The position numbers were made by a program, and so were the translations under genes. Shown in pieces: positions 40,558 through 51,248 of a stretch of DNA of 51,248 nt (positions are counted from its first letter, which is position 1; each line of letters opens with the position of its first letter). The notes beneath the pieces are model-generated. The model was given only the letters and a program-made list of their open reading frames with translations, did no database searches and had not been told where the DNA came from. This stretch comes from Campylobacterales bacterium (GTDB lineage: Bacteria; Campylobacterota; Campylobacteria; Campylobacterales; UBA6016), in assembly GCA_031960985.1 (NCBI GenBank), contig JAVRLX010000004.1, positions 1 through 51,248 of the forward strand, read 5' to 3'.

Positions 40558-41889
40558 ATGTATTCAATAAACAGACTTTTGTCAGACATAGCCGGCTTTT
40601 TATGGGGGCTACCTCTAATTATTTTTCTGCTTGGCGTCGGTGTGTATCTAACGTTTTTGCTTCGTGGAGTTCAGTTTAGAGCTTTTTTTCATGCCTTTGG
40701 ACTCATTTTTCACAAAGAGCGCAGTAGCGAGGGTGATATTAGCCACTTTGCGGCGCTAATGACTGCCCTTGCGGCAACTGTCGGTATAGGTAATATCGTG
40801 GGTGTGGCTACAGCTATATCACTTGGCGGACCAGGCGCGGTATTTTGGATGTGGATGACGGGACTTGTCGGAATGGCTACCAAATACTCTGAAATACTCC
40901 TTGCCCAAAAATATAGACAAAAAGGGGCTCATGGAATGCGAGGTGGCCCAATGTATTATTTGAGAGATGGAGCTAATATGCCTCGCCTTGCGGTAGCATT
41001 TGCTATTTTTACCATTATTGCTAGTTTTGGTATTGGCAATATGACCCAATCAAATGCGGTTGCATCGGCCTTGTCTTCCAAATTTGGAGTTGATACGGCT
41101 ATTACTGGTTTTGTGCTAATGACGCTTACTATGTTGGTAATTTTGGGCGGTATCAAATCGATAGGGAAATTTACCTCTTTTTTGGTCCCTTTTATGATCG
41201 TACTTTATGTTGGCGCCGCGCTAATTGTACTTTTAATAAACATTGACAAGATCCCTTTTGCTTTTAAACTTATCTTTGAGGGGGCGTTCTCTGGCACTGC
41301 CGCAACAGGAGGTTTTTTAGGCGCTACGATAGCGACAGCGATGAGATACGGTATGGCAAGAGGTATTTTTTCAAATGAGTCAGGGCTTGGTTCTGCCCCA
41401 ATAGCAGGAGCTGCCGCCAGAACAAAAGATCCAGTAAAACAAGCTCTTGTCGGTATGACGCAGACTTTTATAGACACCCTTGTGGTATGCACTATGACAG
41501 CGCTTATCATCCTTACCGCACCGGTATGGAAAGAGGGCATATCGCCTGCCGAACTTACGACGGCGAGCTTTGCATATACGCTAGGCGAAGTCGGTAGCAT
41601 AGTTGTGACCTTGTCGATAGTATTGTTTGCTTATTCAACCATTATAGGGTGGAGTTTTTACGGAGAGAAAGCGTGTGAATTTTTGTTTGGCGAACGCTCA
41701 ATTAAAGTTTATAGGGTATTTTTCTCATCGTTAGTATTGGTGGGCTCCATAAGCACGCTTGAGGCGGTATGGAATTTTTCCGACGCCGCAAATGCGTTGA
41801 TGGCAATACCAAATTTAATAGCGCTCCTGATGCTCTCAAAGGTTGTCAAAGAAGAGACCGATAGGTACTTTAGGGAGAAGAGTATATGA
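40558..41889 (+). CDS. alanine/glycine:cation symporter (AGCS family)
   Basis: 443 aa polytopic protein with FAALMTALAATVGIGNIVGVATAI, GGPGAVFWMW and FSNESGLGSAPIA, typical of sodium:alanine symporters. Confidence 0.9.
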   Translation: MYSINRLLSDIAGFLWGLPLIIFLLGVGVYLTFLLRGVQFRAFFHAFGLIFHKERSSEGDISHFAALMTALAATVGIGNIVGVATAISLGGPGAVFWMWMTGLVGMATKYSEILLAQKYRQKGAHGMRGGPMYYLRDGANMPRLAVAFAIFTIIASFGIGNMTQSNAVASALSSKFGVDTAITGFVLMTLTMLVILGGIKSIGKFTSFLVPFMIVLYVGAALIVLLINIDKIPFAFKLIFEGAFSGTAATGGFLGATIATAMRYGMARGIFSNESGLGSAPIAGAAARTKDPVKQALVGMTQTFIDTLVVCTMTALIILTAPVWKEGISPAELTTASFAYTLGEVGSIVVTLSIVLFAYSTIIGWSFYGEKACEFLFGERSIKVYRVFFSSLVLVGSISTLEAVWNFSDAANALMAIPNLIALLMLSKVVKEETDRYFREKSI

Positions 41890-42383
41890 GATTTTTTGGA
41901 CTTTATTTTGCATTTTTTTGTTTTGCGTTTTCGTACATTTTCAAAGGCAATGCAGTGGCGGCTTTAGTTTTTGGCGCCGATATGCTCTTTTCTTATTTTG
42001 TATTTACGACCGCATTTACAATGTCGGTTGCCGTGCTCTTGTTTGTCGCACTCAAAAAAGGGCTGAAGTTTGCCGCTATTTCACCTTTTTTTGGAGGGCT
42101 GTTTGCCGGGGCGGCGGGGATATTTTTTGTGACTTTGCTGGCAAATAGGCTTGTATTGCTATTTGGCGCATACCTGCTTGGGGTAGCGGCGCAAAACTCC
42201 GATATGTACGCCGCTGGGATAGGAGCGGTGTTTTTGGTGTTTGGATATTTTGTGTTTAGACCGTTTAATTTTGATTTTGTAAGTACCAAAAGAGCTGATT
42301 TTAACCGTTCGCAAAGTAGATCTGGCGAGGATACGATAGATGTTCAGGTCGTAGAAGATTTTGACAAAGTGGAGCATAAATGA
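41886..42383 (+). CDS. hypothetical integral membrane protein (about 4 TM helices)
   Basis: 165 aa, hydrophobic with a charged C-terminal tail. ATGA overlaps with both neighbouring genes argue that it is translated. Confidence 0.55.
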   Translation: MRFFGLYFAFFCFAFSYIFKGNAVAALVFGADMLFSYFVFTTAFTMSVAVLLFVALKKGLKFAAISPFFGGLFAGAAGIFFVTLLANRLVLLFGAYLLGVAAQNSDMYAAGIGAVFLVFGYFVFRPFNFDFVSTKRADFNRSQSRSGEDTIDVQVVEDFDKVEHK

Positions 42384-42724
42384 AAGTGTATGGAATACCG
42401 AACTGTGGAAGCGTTAAAAAAGCGCTTGATTTTATAAAGGCAAGTAAAATAGAGTACGAATTTATTGATTTTAAAAAGCAAAAACCGACAGAGGCGCAAC
42501 TTACGATATGGGCAGAGGCTGTCGGCATAGATAGGCTTTTTAACACAAAAGGGACAAAATATAAAAGTCTCGGGCTTGATTATAAAACTTTGAGTAATAT
42601 GGAAAAGTTAGAGTGGCTAGCCAAAGAGCCTACGATGATAAAACGTCCGGTAATAGAGTATGGCGGCAAGATAGTAGTTGGTTTTGATGAGGAGATATAC
42701 AAAAAAATTTTATTGTCGATATAG
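42380..42724 (+). CDS. ArsC/Spx/YffB-family thioredoxin-fold protein
   Basis: 114 aa with N-terminal YGIPNCGSVKKA and KRPVIE, typical of the YffB branch of the ArsC family. Confidence 0.8.
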   Translation: MKVYGIPNCGSVKKALDFIKASKIEYEFIDFKKQKPTEAQLTIWAEAVGIDRLFNTKGTKYKSLGLDYKTLSNMEKLEWLAKEPTMIKRPVIEYGGKIVVGFDEEIYKKILLSI

Positions 42725-42759
42725 TTTGATGTAATAGATAATCCAATAAAGGAAGCAAG

Positions 42760-43269
42760 ATGGCTACTGAGGCTACAAGCGGTATAACGGCTGGGGCAGG
42801 TTTTGGGTATAACTACTCATATACAAAGCCGATAGAGGCGGAGCAACGTATAAAGCGAGAAGGAAGGGAGCCGTCTACGACAAAACTGGATTTTGTATCG
42901 CAAAAAACAACTGAAAATGTAGTGACAGACGATAAGAAAGCAAAAGAAGCTAAGAAGAATGATGCAAAAAGTTTATACGAGGCCGAGCAAGAAAAGATAA
43001 AAAAACAAGAAGAAGAGCGAAAAAAAGAAGAGGATGCAAAAGAGCAAGCTAAATATCTAGATGAGCTGACAAAGCGGCTAAACGCTAGCATGAATAGATT
43101 TAGCGAAAATATCAAATTTGGCGTCAATGATAAGACTAATTCAATAATTGTCTCTATCATAGAGCAAAATAACGAGAAAAAAATAAAAGAACTCTCAAAA
43201 GAGGATGCTGAAAAATTATTTAAAAGACTTGACTTTGTGCTTGGAGTGCTGTTTGATAGTAAGGGGTAG
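42760..43269 (+). CDS. flaG: FlaG-like flagellar protein
   Basis: 169 aa. The C-terminal region (IKFGVNDKTNSIIVSIIEQNNEKKIKELSKEDAEKLFKRLDFVLGVLFDSKG) matches the FlaG family pattern, and there is a K/E-rich linker. Confidence 0.6.
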   Translation: MATEATSGITAGAGFGYNYSYTKPIEAEQRIKREGREPSTTKLDFVSQKTTENVVTDDKKAKEAKKNDAKSLYEAEQEKIKKQEEERKKEEDAKEQAKYLDELTKRLNASMNRFSENIKFGVNDKTNSIIVSIIEQNNEKKIKELSKEDAEKLFKRLDFVLGVLFDSKG

Positions 43270-43284
43270 GGGATGCGATGGATT

Positions 43285-43890
43285 TTACTCCATCGTACAT
43301 CCCTTATCGTTGCAATGCGCTTGATATGTTTTGCCGCTTAGCGCTTCCATGGCATATTTCTCGCCTAGTTCATAGGCTTTTATATTGATATCGTGGACTT
43401 TTGCCGGAACTTTTGAGAGCATAACCTCTTTAAGTAGCTCCCTATCAATTGCTTTCATAAAAGTATTTGCAATTGCAAGCGCTATAACCGACTGAGTAAT
43501 AACATTTCCTACCTCTTCTTTTGCAATTGTTATGATAGGTATCTCAACTATCTTCCATTTTTTTCTATCTTCATCGGTTGGCTTTACTAGATTTGGATCT
43601 ATTACTATAGTTCCACCCTCCGATACACCATTTTTAAAAAGATTGTAGCTTACCTGCGCGACTGAGAGCATAAAGTTTATCTCTCCATCGTTCGCATACG
43701 GATAAAATATCTCTTCATCGTCAAGGGTAATGTCAACAACGGTAGGCCCGCCCCTTACTTGTGATGTGTATGTAGCTGTTTTTAGGCCGTATCCACCTGT
43801 TTTTATTTTTGCCGCCGCAAAGATTTCGCCTGCAAGAAGCACGCCTTGACCGCCGACCCCGGTAAATCTCATTAATGTTCTAGCCATCAT
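43285..43890 (-). CDS. oorC: 2-oxoglutarate:acceptor (ferredoxin) oxidoreductase gamma subunit
   Basis: 201 aa with GVGGQGVLLAGEIF, last gene of the oorDABC order. Confidence 0.9.
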   Translation of the reverse strand: MMARTLMRFTGVGGQGVLLAGEIFAAAKIKTGGYGLKTATYTSQVRGGPTVVDITLDDEEIFYPYANDGEINFMLSVAQVSYNLFKNGVSEGGTIVIDPNLVKPTDEDRKKWKIVEIPIITIAKEEVGNVITQSVIALAIANTFMKAIDRELLKEVMLSKVPAKVHDINIKAYELGEKYAMEALSGKTYQAHCNDKGCTME

Positions 43891-43898
43891 CCGCCCCC

Positions 43899-44756
43899 TT
43901 ATATCTTCTTAGCAAAATCATCTTGGGTAATAGTTTTTCTCTTACCTTGATGAACGGCGATTATCTCTTGATACAGATCGCAATACTCTTTTGCCTCTGT
44001 ATCTTGTTTTAGTATCCCAGTAGCAAAAGTATTCATTTGCTCTTCAGGCGAGAGTTTCTCCCATTTTGCTTTAGGGGTAGTGATAGAATCAATCCACTCG
44101 AGGTTTTTCATGGCTGATTCCATCTTGTTTTTTCTACCTAAATTAATGTGGCAGTTTGAAATAATATCAAAGAAACTAAACCCTTTGTGTTGAAAACCAG
44201 CTATAAACACTTTCTCTAATTTTTTAGGATCAAGCACAGTCTCTCTTGCTACAAATGAAGCCCCAGCCGCTTCTGCGAGCTTGCAAGCATCAAATGTAGG
44301 GTCTATATTTCCTGCAGTTTGGCTAGCGGTCCACATACCTTGTGGTGTAGTAGGTGATGTTTGTGAATTTGTAAGACCGTAAATAAAGTTATTGATAACG
44401 ATAAAGTTTAGGTCTATATTTCTTCTAGCTCCATGGATAGTGTGGTTACCGCCTATCGCAAGAGCATCCCCGTCGCCTGCGACTACGATAACATGTTTAT
44501 CTGGGTTTGCTAATTTAATACCTGTCGCAAATGCAACGGTTCTACCATGGGTTGTATGAACTGTATTGCAGTTGATGTACGAAGAAAATCTTCCAGAGCA
44601 ACCAATACCAGAGACAACGCACACATCGTCCATATTCCAGCCACAAGCATCTATAGCACGAATTACAGCTTTTAAAATAACGCCATCACCACATCCCCAA
44701 CACCAAAGTGTCGGCATTTTTTCTAATCTTAGATACTCATCATAATTAAATGCCAT
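43899..44756 (-). CDS. oorB: 2-oxoglutarate:acceptor oxidoreductase beta subunit (TPP-binding)
   Basis: 285 aa with WCWGCGDG, GIGCSGR and GDGD TPP motifs. Confidence 0.92.
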   Translation of the reverse strand: MAFNYDEYLRLEKMPTLWCWGCGDGVILKAVIRAIDACGWNMDDVCVVSGIGCSGRFSSYINCNTVHTTHGRTVAFATGIKLANPDKHVIVVAGDGDALAIGGNHTIHGARRNIDLNFIVINNFIYGLTNSQTSPTTPQGMWTASQTAGNIDPTFDACKLAEAAGASFVARETVLDPKKLEKVFIAGFQHKGFSFFDIISNCHINLGRKNKMESAMKNLEWIDSITTPKAKWEKLSPEEQMNTFATGILKQDTEAKEYCDLYQEIIAVHQGKRKTITQDDFAKKI

Positions 44757-44758
44757 TG

Positions 44759-45901
44759 TTACATCCCCTTCACTTTTTCTACGATTTCGTATGGAGAGAT
44801 AGCTCTACCGTTTACTTTGTATAGACCCGCAATATCAAGTCTGCCTGATACCCTCTCTACCTCTTCGGTGTATTGCCTTATATTTAGCTCAACGCAAAGG
44901 ACTTTTTTGATTTTGTTTGTTAGCTCTCTAATTCTCTTAGCAGGGCTTGGCCATAGGGTAATTGGTCTAAACAATCCCGCTTTGATACCATTTTGTCTTA
45001 AGTGTCTAATAGCCTCTTTTGCCGCTAGAGATACTGAGCCATAAGCAATTATAAGGACATCATTCTCACCCAAATCATCACACATAAACTCTTCGTTTAG
45101 CTCAAGCTCGTCTGTATGCATCATAACTTTATCTTCAAGCCTTTGAATTAGCTTCCGACAAGTCTCTATCTCCTCCGTTGGAAAGCCCTTAGCATCGTGA
45201 TGGAGTCCTGTAAAATGGTATCTATACCCTTTAAACATTGGATTTAGCACCGCAGGCTCATCTGGACCGACGCCATAAGGTCTATAATCTGCAGGCGATC
45301 CTGTAAACTGTTTTCTTGGCTTAATACCCGCTTTTGTCTCCTCAGCTGTAGGTATCATAGCCTTGCCGTGCATATGACCTAGTGTTTCATCGCTAAGCAC
45401 AATAACTGGTTGCATAAATCTATCCGCTAAGTTAAAAGCTCTAACCACTTCGGTATAGCATTCAGCCAAATTTCCTGGACAAAGGGTAATTGAGCGATAG
45501 TCGCCGTGAGAAGGGTTTCTTGCTTGTCTAACATCGCCTTGAGACACCCTTGTTGGAAGACCAGTTGATGGACCACCCCTCATAACATCCACAACTACAA
45601 GCGGCACCTCTGCCATTTGTGCAAGACCTAAATTTTCAGCTTTTAAACTCATACCAGGACCACTTGTCGCAGTCATAGCTCTAACGCCGCTCATGGCAGC
45701 CCCAATTGCAGCTGCAATACCACCTATCTCATCTTCCATTTGTATACAAGTACCACCAACTGCAGGTAAAAGGTCAGAAATAGTGTGCATAATTTCACTT
45801 GATGGGGTAATAGGGTACCCACCAAAAAACATACAACCTGCATCTACAGCAGCAATCGCCGCTAGATCGTTTCCTGTCGATATTATCTCTCTAGTTGCCA
45901 T
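44759..45901 (-). CDS. oorA: 2-oxoglutarate:acceptor oxidoreductase alpha subunit
   Basis: 380 aa pyruvate/2-oxoacid:ferredoxin oxidoreductase core domain (FFGGYPITPSSEIM). Confidence 0.92.
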   Translation of the reverse strand: MATREIISTGNDLAAIAAVDAGCMFFGGYPITPSSEIMHTISDLLPAVGGTCIQMEDEIGGIAAAIGAAMSGVRAMTATSGPGMSLKAENLGLAQMAEVPLVVVDVMRGGPSTGLPTRVSQGDVRQARNPSHGDYRSITLCPGNLAECYTEVVRAFNLADRFMQPVIVLSDETLGHMHGKAMIPTAEETKAGIKPRKQFTGSPADYRPYGVGPDEPAVLNPMFKGYRYHFTGLHHDAKGFPTEEIETCRKLIQRLEDKVMMHTDELELNEEFMCDDLGENDVLIIAYGSVSLAAKEAIRHLRQNGIKAGLFRPITLWPSPAKRIRELTNKIKKVLCVELNIRQYTEEVERVSGRLDIAGLYKVNGRAISPYEIVEKVKGM

Positions 45902-45912
45902 TAAATCTCTCC

Positions 45913-46227
45913 TTACCCAACGCTTCTATAATTATTTTTTACTATCGCCTCTTGTCTAGCCCGCGCCTCTGGTGTCAATTTTGCAAATTTGAACTCCTCT
46001 TTTGTGGCCACACTTATTGCAAAGTCTGGACAGCTAAGCTCGCAATCAGAGCAACCGATGCAACTCTCCGGATGGAGCACCTTAACCATAGCGCCGAGCG
46101 TAGTTGACGGGTCTGGAACCATTGCAAGTACCCCAGCCGGACATACCGATACGCATACATCGCAAGCCTTGCACCTTTTTTCGTCTACCCAAACAGGGGT
46201 ATTTGACAGAGCTTTTAAAACACCCAT
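45913..46227 (-). CDS. oorD: 2-oxoglutarate:acceptor oxidoreductase delta subunit (2x[4Fe-4S] ferredoxin)
   Basis: 104 aa with two CxxCxxCxxxCP clusters (CKACDVCVSVCP and CIGCSDCELSCP). Confidence 0.9.
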   Translation of the reverse strand: MGVLKALSNTPVWVDEKRCKACDVCVSVCPAGVLAMVPDPSTTLGAMVKVLHPESCIGCSDCELSCPDFAISVATKEEFKFAKLTPEARARQEAIVKNNYRSVG

Positions 46228-46274
46228 TACTTATCTCCTTTTATGGTTTTTAAATTCATATATCACTTTTGCTG

Positions 46275-47144
46275 TTATGCAAAACTTTTCTTTACCGTTT
46301 TACCTATATCCGCAGGCGAGCGGACAACTCTTACACCAGCCGCTTCGAGCGCCTCCATTTTTTCAGCCGCAGTCCCTGCGCCACCTGATATGATGGCTCC
46401 TGCATGACCCATCCTTTTGCCTTTAGGCGCGCTTTGTCCAGCGATAAACGCTGTAACAGGTTTTGTTATATGCTCTTTTATATATTTTGCCGCTTGTATT
46501 TCAAGGTCGCCGCCGATTTCACCTATCATTGCTATAGCTTTTGTCTCAGGGTCGTTTTCGAACATTTCAAGAAGTTCAATATAGCTAAGCCCTATTATTG
46601 GGTCACCACCGATACCTACAGCTGTAGATATACCAAGACCCTCTTTAACTATCTGATTTGACGCTTCATAGGTCAGTGTCCCAGATTTTGAGATAAGTCC
46701 GACATTTCCTTTTTTGAAAATCATTCCAGGCATAATCCCAATTTTTGCCTCTTCAGGGGTAATAATACCAGGGCAGTTTGGACCAATTAGTTTTGCCCCC
46801 ATTTTTGTTGCGTAAGGCTTAGCTACCATCATATCTTTTACAGGTGTTCCCTCTGTAATTGTAACGATTAGTTTAATACCAGCTTCCGCCGCCTCCATAA
46901 TTGCGTCAGCTACAAACATAGGGGGTACAAAAATTAAAGATACATCTGCGCCAGTTGCCGCTGCAGCCTCTTTAACGGTATTAAAAACAGGTCTATCAAG
47001 GTGTGTTTGCCCCCCTTTGCCCGGAGTTACGCCGCCCACTATATTTGTGCCATACTCAATGCATTGTGTGGCATGAAATGTCCCCTCTTTGCCAGTAAAG
47101 CCCTGAACTATTACTTTTGAGTGTTTGCCTACTAATATCGCCAT
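46275..47144 (-). CDS. sucD: succinate--CoA ligase alpha subunit
   Basis: 289 aa with [12 protein letters not shown], the phosphohistidine loop RMGHAGAI and SKSGTLTYE. Confidence 0.97.
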   Translation of the reverse strand: MAILVGKHSKVIVQGFTGKEGTFHATQCIEYGTNIVGGVTPGKGGQTHLDRPVFNTVKEAAAATGADVSLIFVPPMFVADAIMEAAEAGIKLIVTITEGTPVKDMMVAKPYATKMGAKLIGPNCPGIITPEEAKIGIMPGMIFKKGNVGLISKSGTLTYEASNQIVKEGLGISTAVGIGGDPIIGLSYIELLEMFENDPETKAIAMIGEIGGDLEIQAAKYIKEHITKPVTAFIAGQSAPKGKRMGHAGAIISGGAGTAAEKMEALEAAGVRVVRSPADIGKTVKKSFA

Positions 47145-47145
47145 A

Positions 47146-48318
47146 TTAAAACTCCCCCTTTGCCGCTTTTACCGCTTTTTTTGCGCCGTCCGCTAAATTT
47201 TCGGCGGCTATTAGATTTGCTATATTTGAATTTTTAAGTATCTCTTTTGCTTCCTCGGCGTTTGTGCCATCAAGCCTTACGATAACAGGAACACTTACAT
47301 TTGTTAGTTTAGTGGCTTCAATAATACCGTTTGCAACACGGTCACATCTAACGATACCGCCAAAGATGTTTACAAATATCGCTTTTACATTTTTATCTTT
47401 TAAGATAATCTCAAACCCTTTTGCGACAGTTTCAGCCGATGCGCCGCCCCCTACGTCAAGGAAGTTTGCAGGCTCTCCACCTTCGTGCTTGATAATATCC
47501 ATAGTACCCATTGCAAGACCTGCGCCATTTACCATGCAACCAACATTTCCATCAAGTTTTACATAGCTTAGATTGTATCTAGAGGCCTCAATCTCTGTTG
47601 GCTCCTCTTCGCTTAGATCTCTTAGCGCCTCTATATCGCTGTGGCGAGATAGGGCATTATCATCAAACCCCATTTTTGCATCAAGCGCCAAAAAATGACC
47701 CTCTTCTGTAAGTATTAGCGGGTTGATTTCTACTAAATTTGCCTCTTTTTTTGTGTAGCACTCATAAAGCGCTTTTGCAAACTTAATAAACTCAGGGATT
47801 TGTTCATTAGTAAGTCCAAGCTTAAACGCAAGCTCTCTTCCGTGAAAACCTTGAAAACCTATAGCTGGGTCAATTGCAACTTTAATAATTTTTTCTGGGG
47901 ATTTGTGGGCAACCTCTTCAATTTCCATACCACCCTCAGTTGACGCCATCATTACATTTTGCTCTTTGCTTCTATCGAGTGTCATACCGAGGTAATACTC
48001 TTTTTTGATTCTAGCGCCCTCTTCGATATACACCTTTTGAACTAATTTCCCTTCAGGTCCAGTTTGGTGGGTAACAAGTGTCATTCCTAGCATCTGTTTT
48101 GCTATTTCTTCAACCTCAATCGTAGATTTAGCAAGTTTTACGCCGCCGCCTTTACCCCTTCCACCTGCGTGAATTTGGGCTTTTACAACCCAAACGCTTC
48201 CGCCAAGTTCCTGCGCCGCCTCTCTAGCGTCTTTTGGGTTTGATACGACCACCCCTCTCAGGGTAGGGACACCGAACTCTTTAAAGATAGCCTTGGCTTG
48301 ATACTCATGTATATTCAT
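47146..48318 (-). CDS. sucC: succinate--CoA ligase beta subunit (ADP-forming)
   Basis: 390 aa with MNIHEYQAK, an ATP-grasp domain and [11 protein letters not shown]. Confidence 0.97.
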   Translation of the reverse strand: MNIHEYQAKAIFKEFGVPTLRGVVVSNPKDAREAAQELGGSVWVVKAQIHAGGRGKGGGVKLAKSTIEVEEIAKQMLGMTLVTHQTGPEGKLVQKVYIEEGARIKKEYYLGMTLDRSKEQNVMMASTEGGMEIEEVAHKSPEKIIKVAIDPAIGFQGFHGRELAFKLGLTNEQIPEFIKFAKALYECYTKKEANLVEINPLILTEEGHFLALDAKMGFDDNALSRHSDIEALRDLSEEEPTEIEASRYNLSYVKLDGNVGCMVNGAGLAMGTMDIIKHEGGEPANFLDVGGGASAETVAKGFEIILKDKNVKAIFVNIFGGIVRCDRVANGIIEATKLTNVSVPVIVRLDGTNAEEAKEILKNSNIANLIAAENLADGAKKAVKAAKGEF

Positions 48319-48337
48319 CTTTTATCTATCCTTTATT

Positions 48338-49726
48338 TTAAGATTTATTTGTCATTGCAAGAGGTACTACCCACTCGTCGAATTGCTCTGGGGTAACAAG
48401 ACCCAAAGCTACAGCCTCCTCTTTTAGGGTAGAGCCATTTTTATGAGCCGCTTTGGCTATTTTTGCCGCATTTTCGTATCCAATGTGTGGATTTAGGGCT
48501 GTAACGAGCATTAGTGAATTATTTAGATACTCTGTTATTTTTTCGATATTTGGCTCAATCCCCACCGCGCAATTATCGGCAAAGCTCACCATCGAATCAG
48601 ATAGGAGTCTAATTGATTGGAGTACATTGTATATGATAACCGGTTTAAATACATTTAGCTCGAAGTTTCCTTGAGATGCGGCAAACCCTATTGTTGCATC
48701 ATTCCCCATTACTTGACAAGCCACCATCGTCATAGCCTCAGATTGTGTAGGGTTTACTTTACCCGGCATAATAGAGCTTCCCGGCTCATTTTCAGGGATT
48801 GTTATCTCACCAATTCCACACCTTGGGCCACTTGCTAACCATCTAATATCATTTGCTATTTTCATCAGATTTGCCGCAAGAGCTTTTAGCGCCCCGTGTA
48901 AAGAGGTAAGGGCGTCGTGACTTGTAAGGGCTTGAAACTTATTTGGGGCGCTTACAAACCTTTTGCCTGTTATTTCGCTAATTTTTTTTGCCGCAGTTTC
49001 CGCTAATTTTGGATGGGCATTTAGCCCTGTACCAACCGCTGTGCCACCTATTGCAAGTTCTCTTACAAACTCTAGATTTGCTTTAATTTGAGCTTCAGAA
49101 TTTTCTAGCATCGCCACATATCCGCTAAACTCTTGTCCGAGTGTCAGAGGAGTAGCGTCTTGAAGGTGGGTCCTACCTATTTTTACGATATTATCAAACG
49201 CCGCCATCTTTTCGGCTAAGACCTTTTTGAGGTGATTTAGCGAAATAAGTAATTTATCCTCCACCTCTATAACTGTTGCTATGTGCATTGCTGTTGGAAA
49301 TGTGTCGTTTGAGCTTTGAGACATATTTACATGGTCGTTTGGATGTATAGTTTTTTCTTTTGTAAAATCAAGTCCCATATTTTGCATAGCCCTGTGAGCT
49401 ATCACCTCATTTAGGTTCATATTTGTCTGAGTGCCGCTACCCGTTTGCCAAACAGAGAGTGGAAATGCCCCTTCAAGTTTGCCTTCCATAATCTCATCGC
49501 AAGCTTTTACTATCGCATCTTTTTTAGTTTCATCCAATTTGCCTAACTCATAATTTGTAAGAGCCAAAGCTTTTTTGAGAACGGCAAAAGCGCTGATAAG
49601 TTCAAAAGGCATCTTTTCCGTGCCTATTTTGAAGTTTTCAAGGCTTCTTTGTGTTTGGGCGCCCCATATCGCAGTCATTGGGACGCGTACTTCCCCCATC
49701 GTATCTTTTTCTATTCTATATTCCAT
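48338..49726 (-). CDS. fumC: class II fumarate hydratase
   Basis: 462 aa with the fumarate lyase signature [16 protein letters not shown]. Confidence 0.97.
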   Translation of the reverse strand: MEYRIEKDTMGEVRVPMTAIWGAQTQRSLENFKIGTEKMPFELISAFAVLKKALALTNYELGKLDETKKDAIVKACDEIMEGKLEGAFPLSVWQTGSGTQTNMNLNEVIAHRAMQNMGLDFTKEKTIHPNDHVNMSQSSNDTFPTAMHIATVIEVEDKLLISLNHLKKVLAEKMAAFDNIVKIGRTHLQDATPLTLGQEFSGYVAMLENSEAQIKANLEFVRELAIGGTAVGTGLNAHPKLAETAAKKISEITGKRFVSAPNKFQALTSHDALTSLHGALKALAANLMKIANDIRWLASGPRCGIGEITIPENEPGSSIMPGKVNPTQSEAMTMVACQVMGNDATIGFAASQGNFELNVFKPVIIYNVLQSIRLLSDSMVSFADNCAVGIEPNIEKITEYLNNSLMLVTALNPHIGYENAAKIAKAAHKNGSTLKEEAVALGLVTPEQFDEWVVPLAMTNKS

Positions 49727-49728
49727 TT

Positions 49729-50682
49729 TTACACTTCCTTAAAGAAATCTGCGTTTTCTAATTTGTCGACGAGGCTTTGCACGCTTGCTACTGAGCGGGC
49801 AAAAGCCTCTTTTTCATCTGGTAATAGATTTACCTCGATTACTTTCTCAGCGCCTTTGGCTCCTATCATTATAGGCACGCCGCTTACGATGTTGTTGTAG
49901 CCATATTCCCCTTCTAACATGACAGCGCAAGAGTGTATTTGCCTTGTATCTCTAAGTATTGCTTCCACCATCATCGCCGTGGATTTTGCCGGAGCGTAGT
50001 ACGCGGAACCCGTTTGAAGAAGCTCCACTATCTCAGCGCCCCCATGTCTTGTTCGGTGAACTATTTCATCAATCTCTTCTTTGGTAAGGAGATCATATAA
50101 CCCAACGCCGGCAACTGTTGAATATCTAGGCAAAGGCACCATATCATCACCGTGTCCGCCCATTACCGAAGCCCTTATCTGACCTGCGCCATAACCTAAT
50201 TTTTGTTGGATAAAACTTGCCATTCTCGCGGCGTCAAGTATTCCAGCCATCCCAAGTACTTTGCTTCTATCAAAGCCTGTAGTTTTAACTGCTGTATAAA
50301 CCATTGCGTCAAGAGGGTTGGAGACGACTATAACTATAGCATTTGGGGCATATTTTTTGATATCTACACATATATTTTTCATAATTTCCGCATTAATAAA
50401 AAGCAAATCATCTCTGCTCATCCCCGGTTTTCTAGGGCTTCCAGCAGTTATAACAATAATGTCGCTACCAGCTATATCCTCAGGGTTTATAGCGGCTTTA
50501 ACCACTGTATGGCTCCTCGCCGCTTGCGCCGCTTGGCTCATATCAAGAGCTCTCCCTTTTGCTACATTAACTTTATTATCTCTCATCCATATTTCGTGGC
50601 ACACCCCATTCATCGCCAAAATAAACGAAATTGTTGAGCCTACATTTCCAGCTCCGATGATTGTTACTTTTCTACCTTTCAT
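49729..50682 (-). CDS. mdh: malate dehydrogenase (LDH-like type)
   Basis: Rossmann loop IIGAGNVG and catalytic GGHGD. The start is taken at ATG 50682; the track start at 50700 is a TTG six codons upstream. Confidence 0.93.
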   Translation of the reverse strand: MKGRKVTIIGAGNVGSTISFILAMNGVCHEIWMRDNKVNVAKGRALDMSQAAQAARSHTVVKAAINPEDIAGSDIIVITAGSPRKPGMSRDDLLFINAEIMKNICVDIKKYAPNAIVIVVSNPLDAMVYTAVKTTGFDRSKVLGMAGILDAARMASFIQQKLGYGAGQIRASVMGGHGDDMVPLPRYSTVAGVGLYDLLTKEEIDEIVHRTRHGGAEIVELLQTGSAYYAPAKSTAMMVEAILRDTRQIHSCAVMLEGEYGYNNIVSGVPIMIGAKGAEKVIEVNLLPDEKEAFARSVASVQSLVDKLENADFFKEV

Positions 50683-50753
50683 CTTCTTAGTACCCTTCAA
50701 TATCTTTTGTCTAAAGTTTAGTGTTAACTTTACACAAAAAATTGTTTAAAATA

Positions 50754-50771
50754 CCGCCCCAATTGGAGCGG
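50754..50771 (-). terminator. stem-loop terminator downstream of icd
   Basis: The minus strand reads CCGCTCC-aatt-GGGGCGG (7 bp including one G-U) followed by TATTTTA. It lies 10 nt after the icd stop. Confidence 0.5.
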
Positions 50772-50780
50772 CTTGTTTTT

Positions 50781-51248
<468 letters not shown>

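Noticed and set aside
41843-42148. A 101-aa ORF overlapping the symporter 3' end and the 4-TM gene.
   Set aside because: It is an alternative frame of two ATGA-coupled genes, with a Cys/Arg/Phe-rich nonsense composition.

Overview
This 51.2-kb window reads as a densely packed core-chromosome segment of a Campylobacterota genome. The gene order is Campylobacter-like from memory (ileS, small membrane ORF, gatA, guaB; pyrD, M16 protease, dapA, SDR; icd, mdh, sucCD, oorDABC); no database search was possible.

Left to right the window contains:
- a partial unknown ORF and an AT-rich ParE/RelE-type toxin-antitoxin pair;
- the N-degron module aat-clpA-clpS and an orphan TonB-dependent receptor;
- a four-tRNA operon (Lys-Glu-Val-Asp, minus strand) behind a textbook TTGACA-N17-TATAAT promoter;
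- a cinA-like gene;
- a long plus-strand housekeeping run: ileS, small TM ORF, gatA, guaB, metX, xseB, C-N hydrolase-like gene, aminotransferase, murC;
- an MCP, a frameshifted PAS histidine kinase and an OmpR-type regulator;
- a 1Fe superoxide reductase, truD and a Crp/Fnr regulator;
- a minus-strand run: yggS, rseP, pgsA, FabL-like SDR, dapA, M16 peptidase, pyrD;
- a PBP5-type carboxypeptidase and an RND tripartite efflux operon;
- SulP plus a Tat-signal beta-carbonic anhydrase;
- an alanine/cation symporter operon and a FlaG-like gene;
- a TCA super-cluster: oorDABC, sucCD, fumC, mdh and a partial monomeric icd.

I found no CRISPR array, transposase, integrase, prophage or recognisable multi-gene defence island, and no convincing novel multi-gene system. 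The points most worth a second look are:
- a cysteine-free nitrilase-fold protein translationally coupled to an aminotransferase;
- the split sensor kinase;
- the SulP / exported beta-CA pair;
- an unlisted 42-codon membrane ORF that exactly fills the ileS-gatA gap;
- the AT-rich TA cassette and the open frame running off the left edge.

All coordinates and motifs were read by eye from the sequence and the ORF track.
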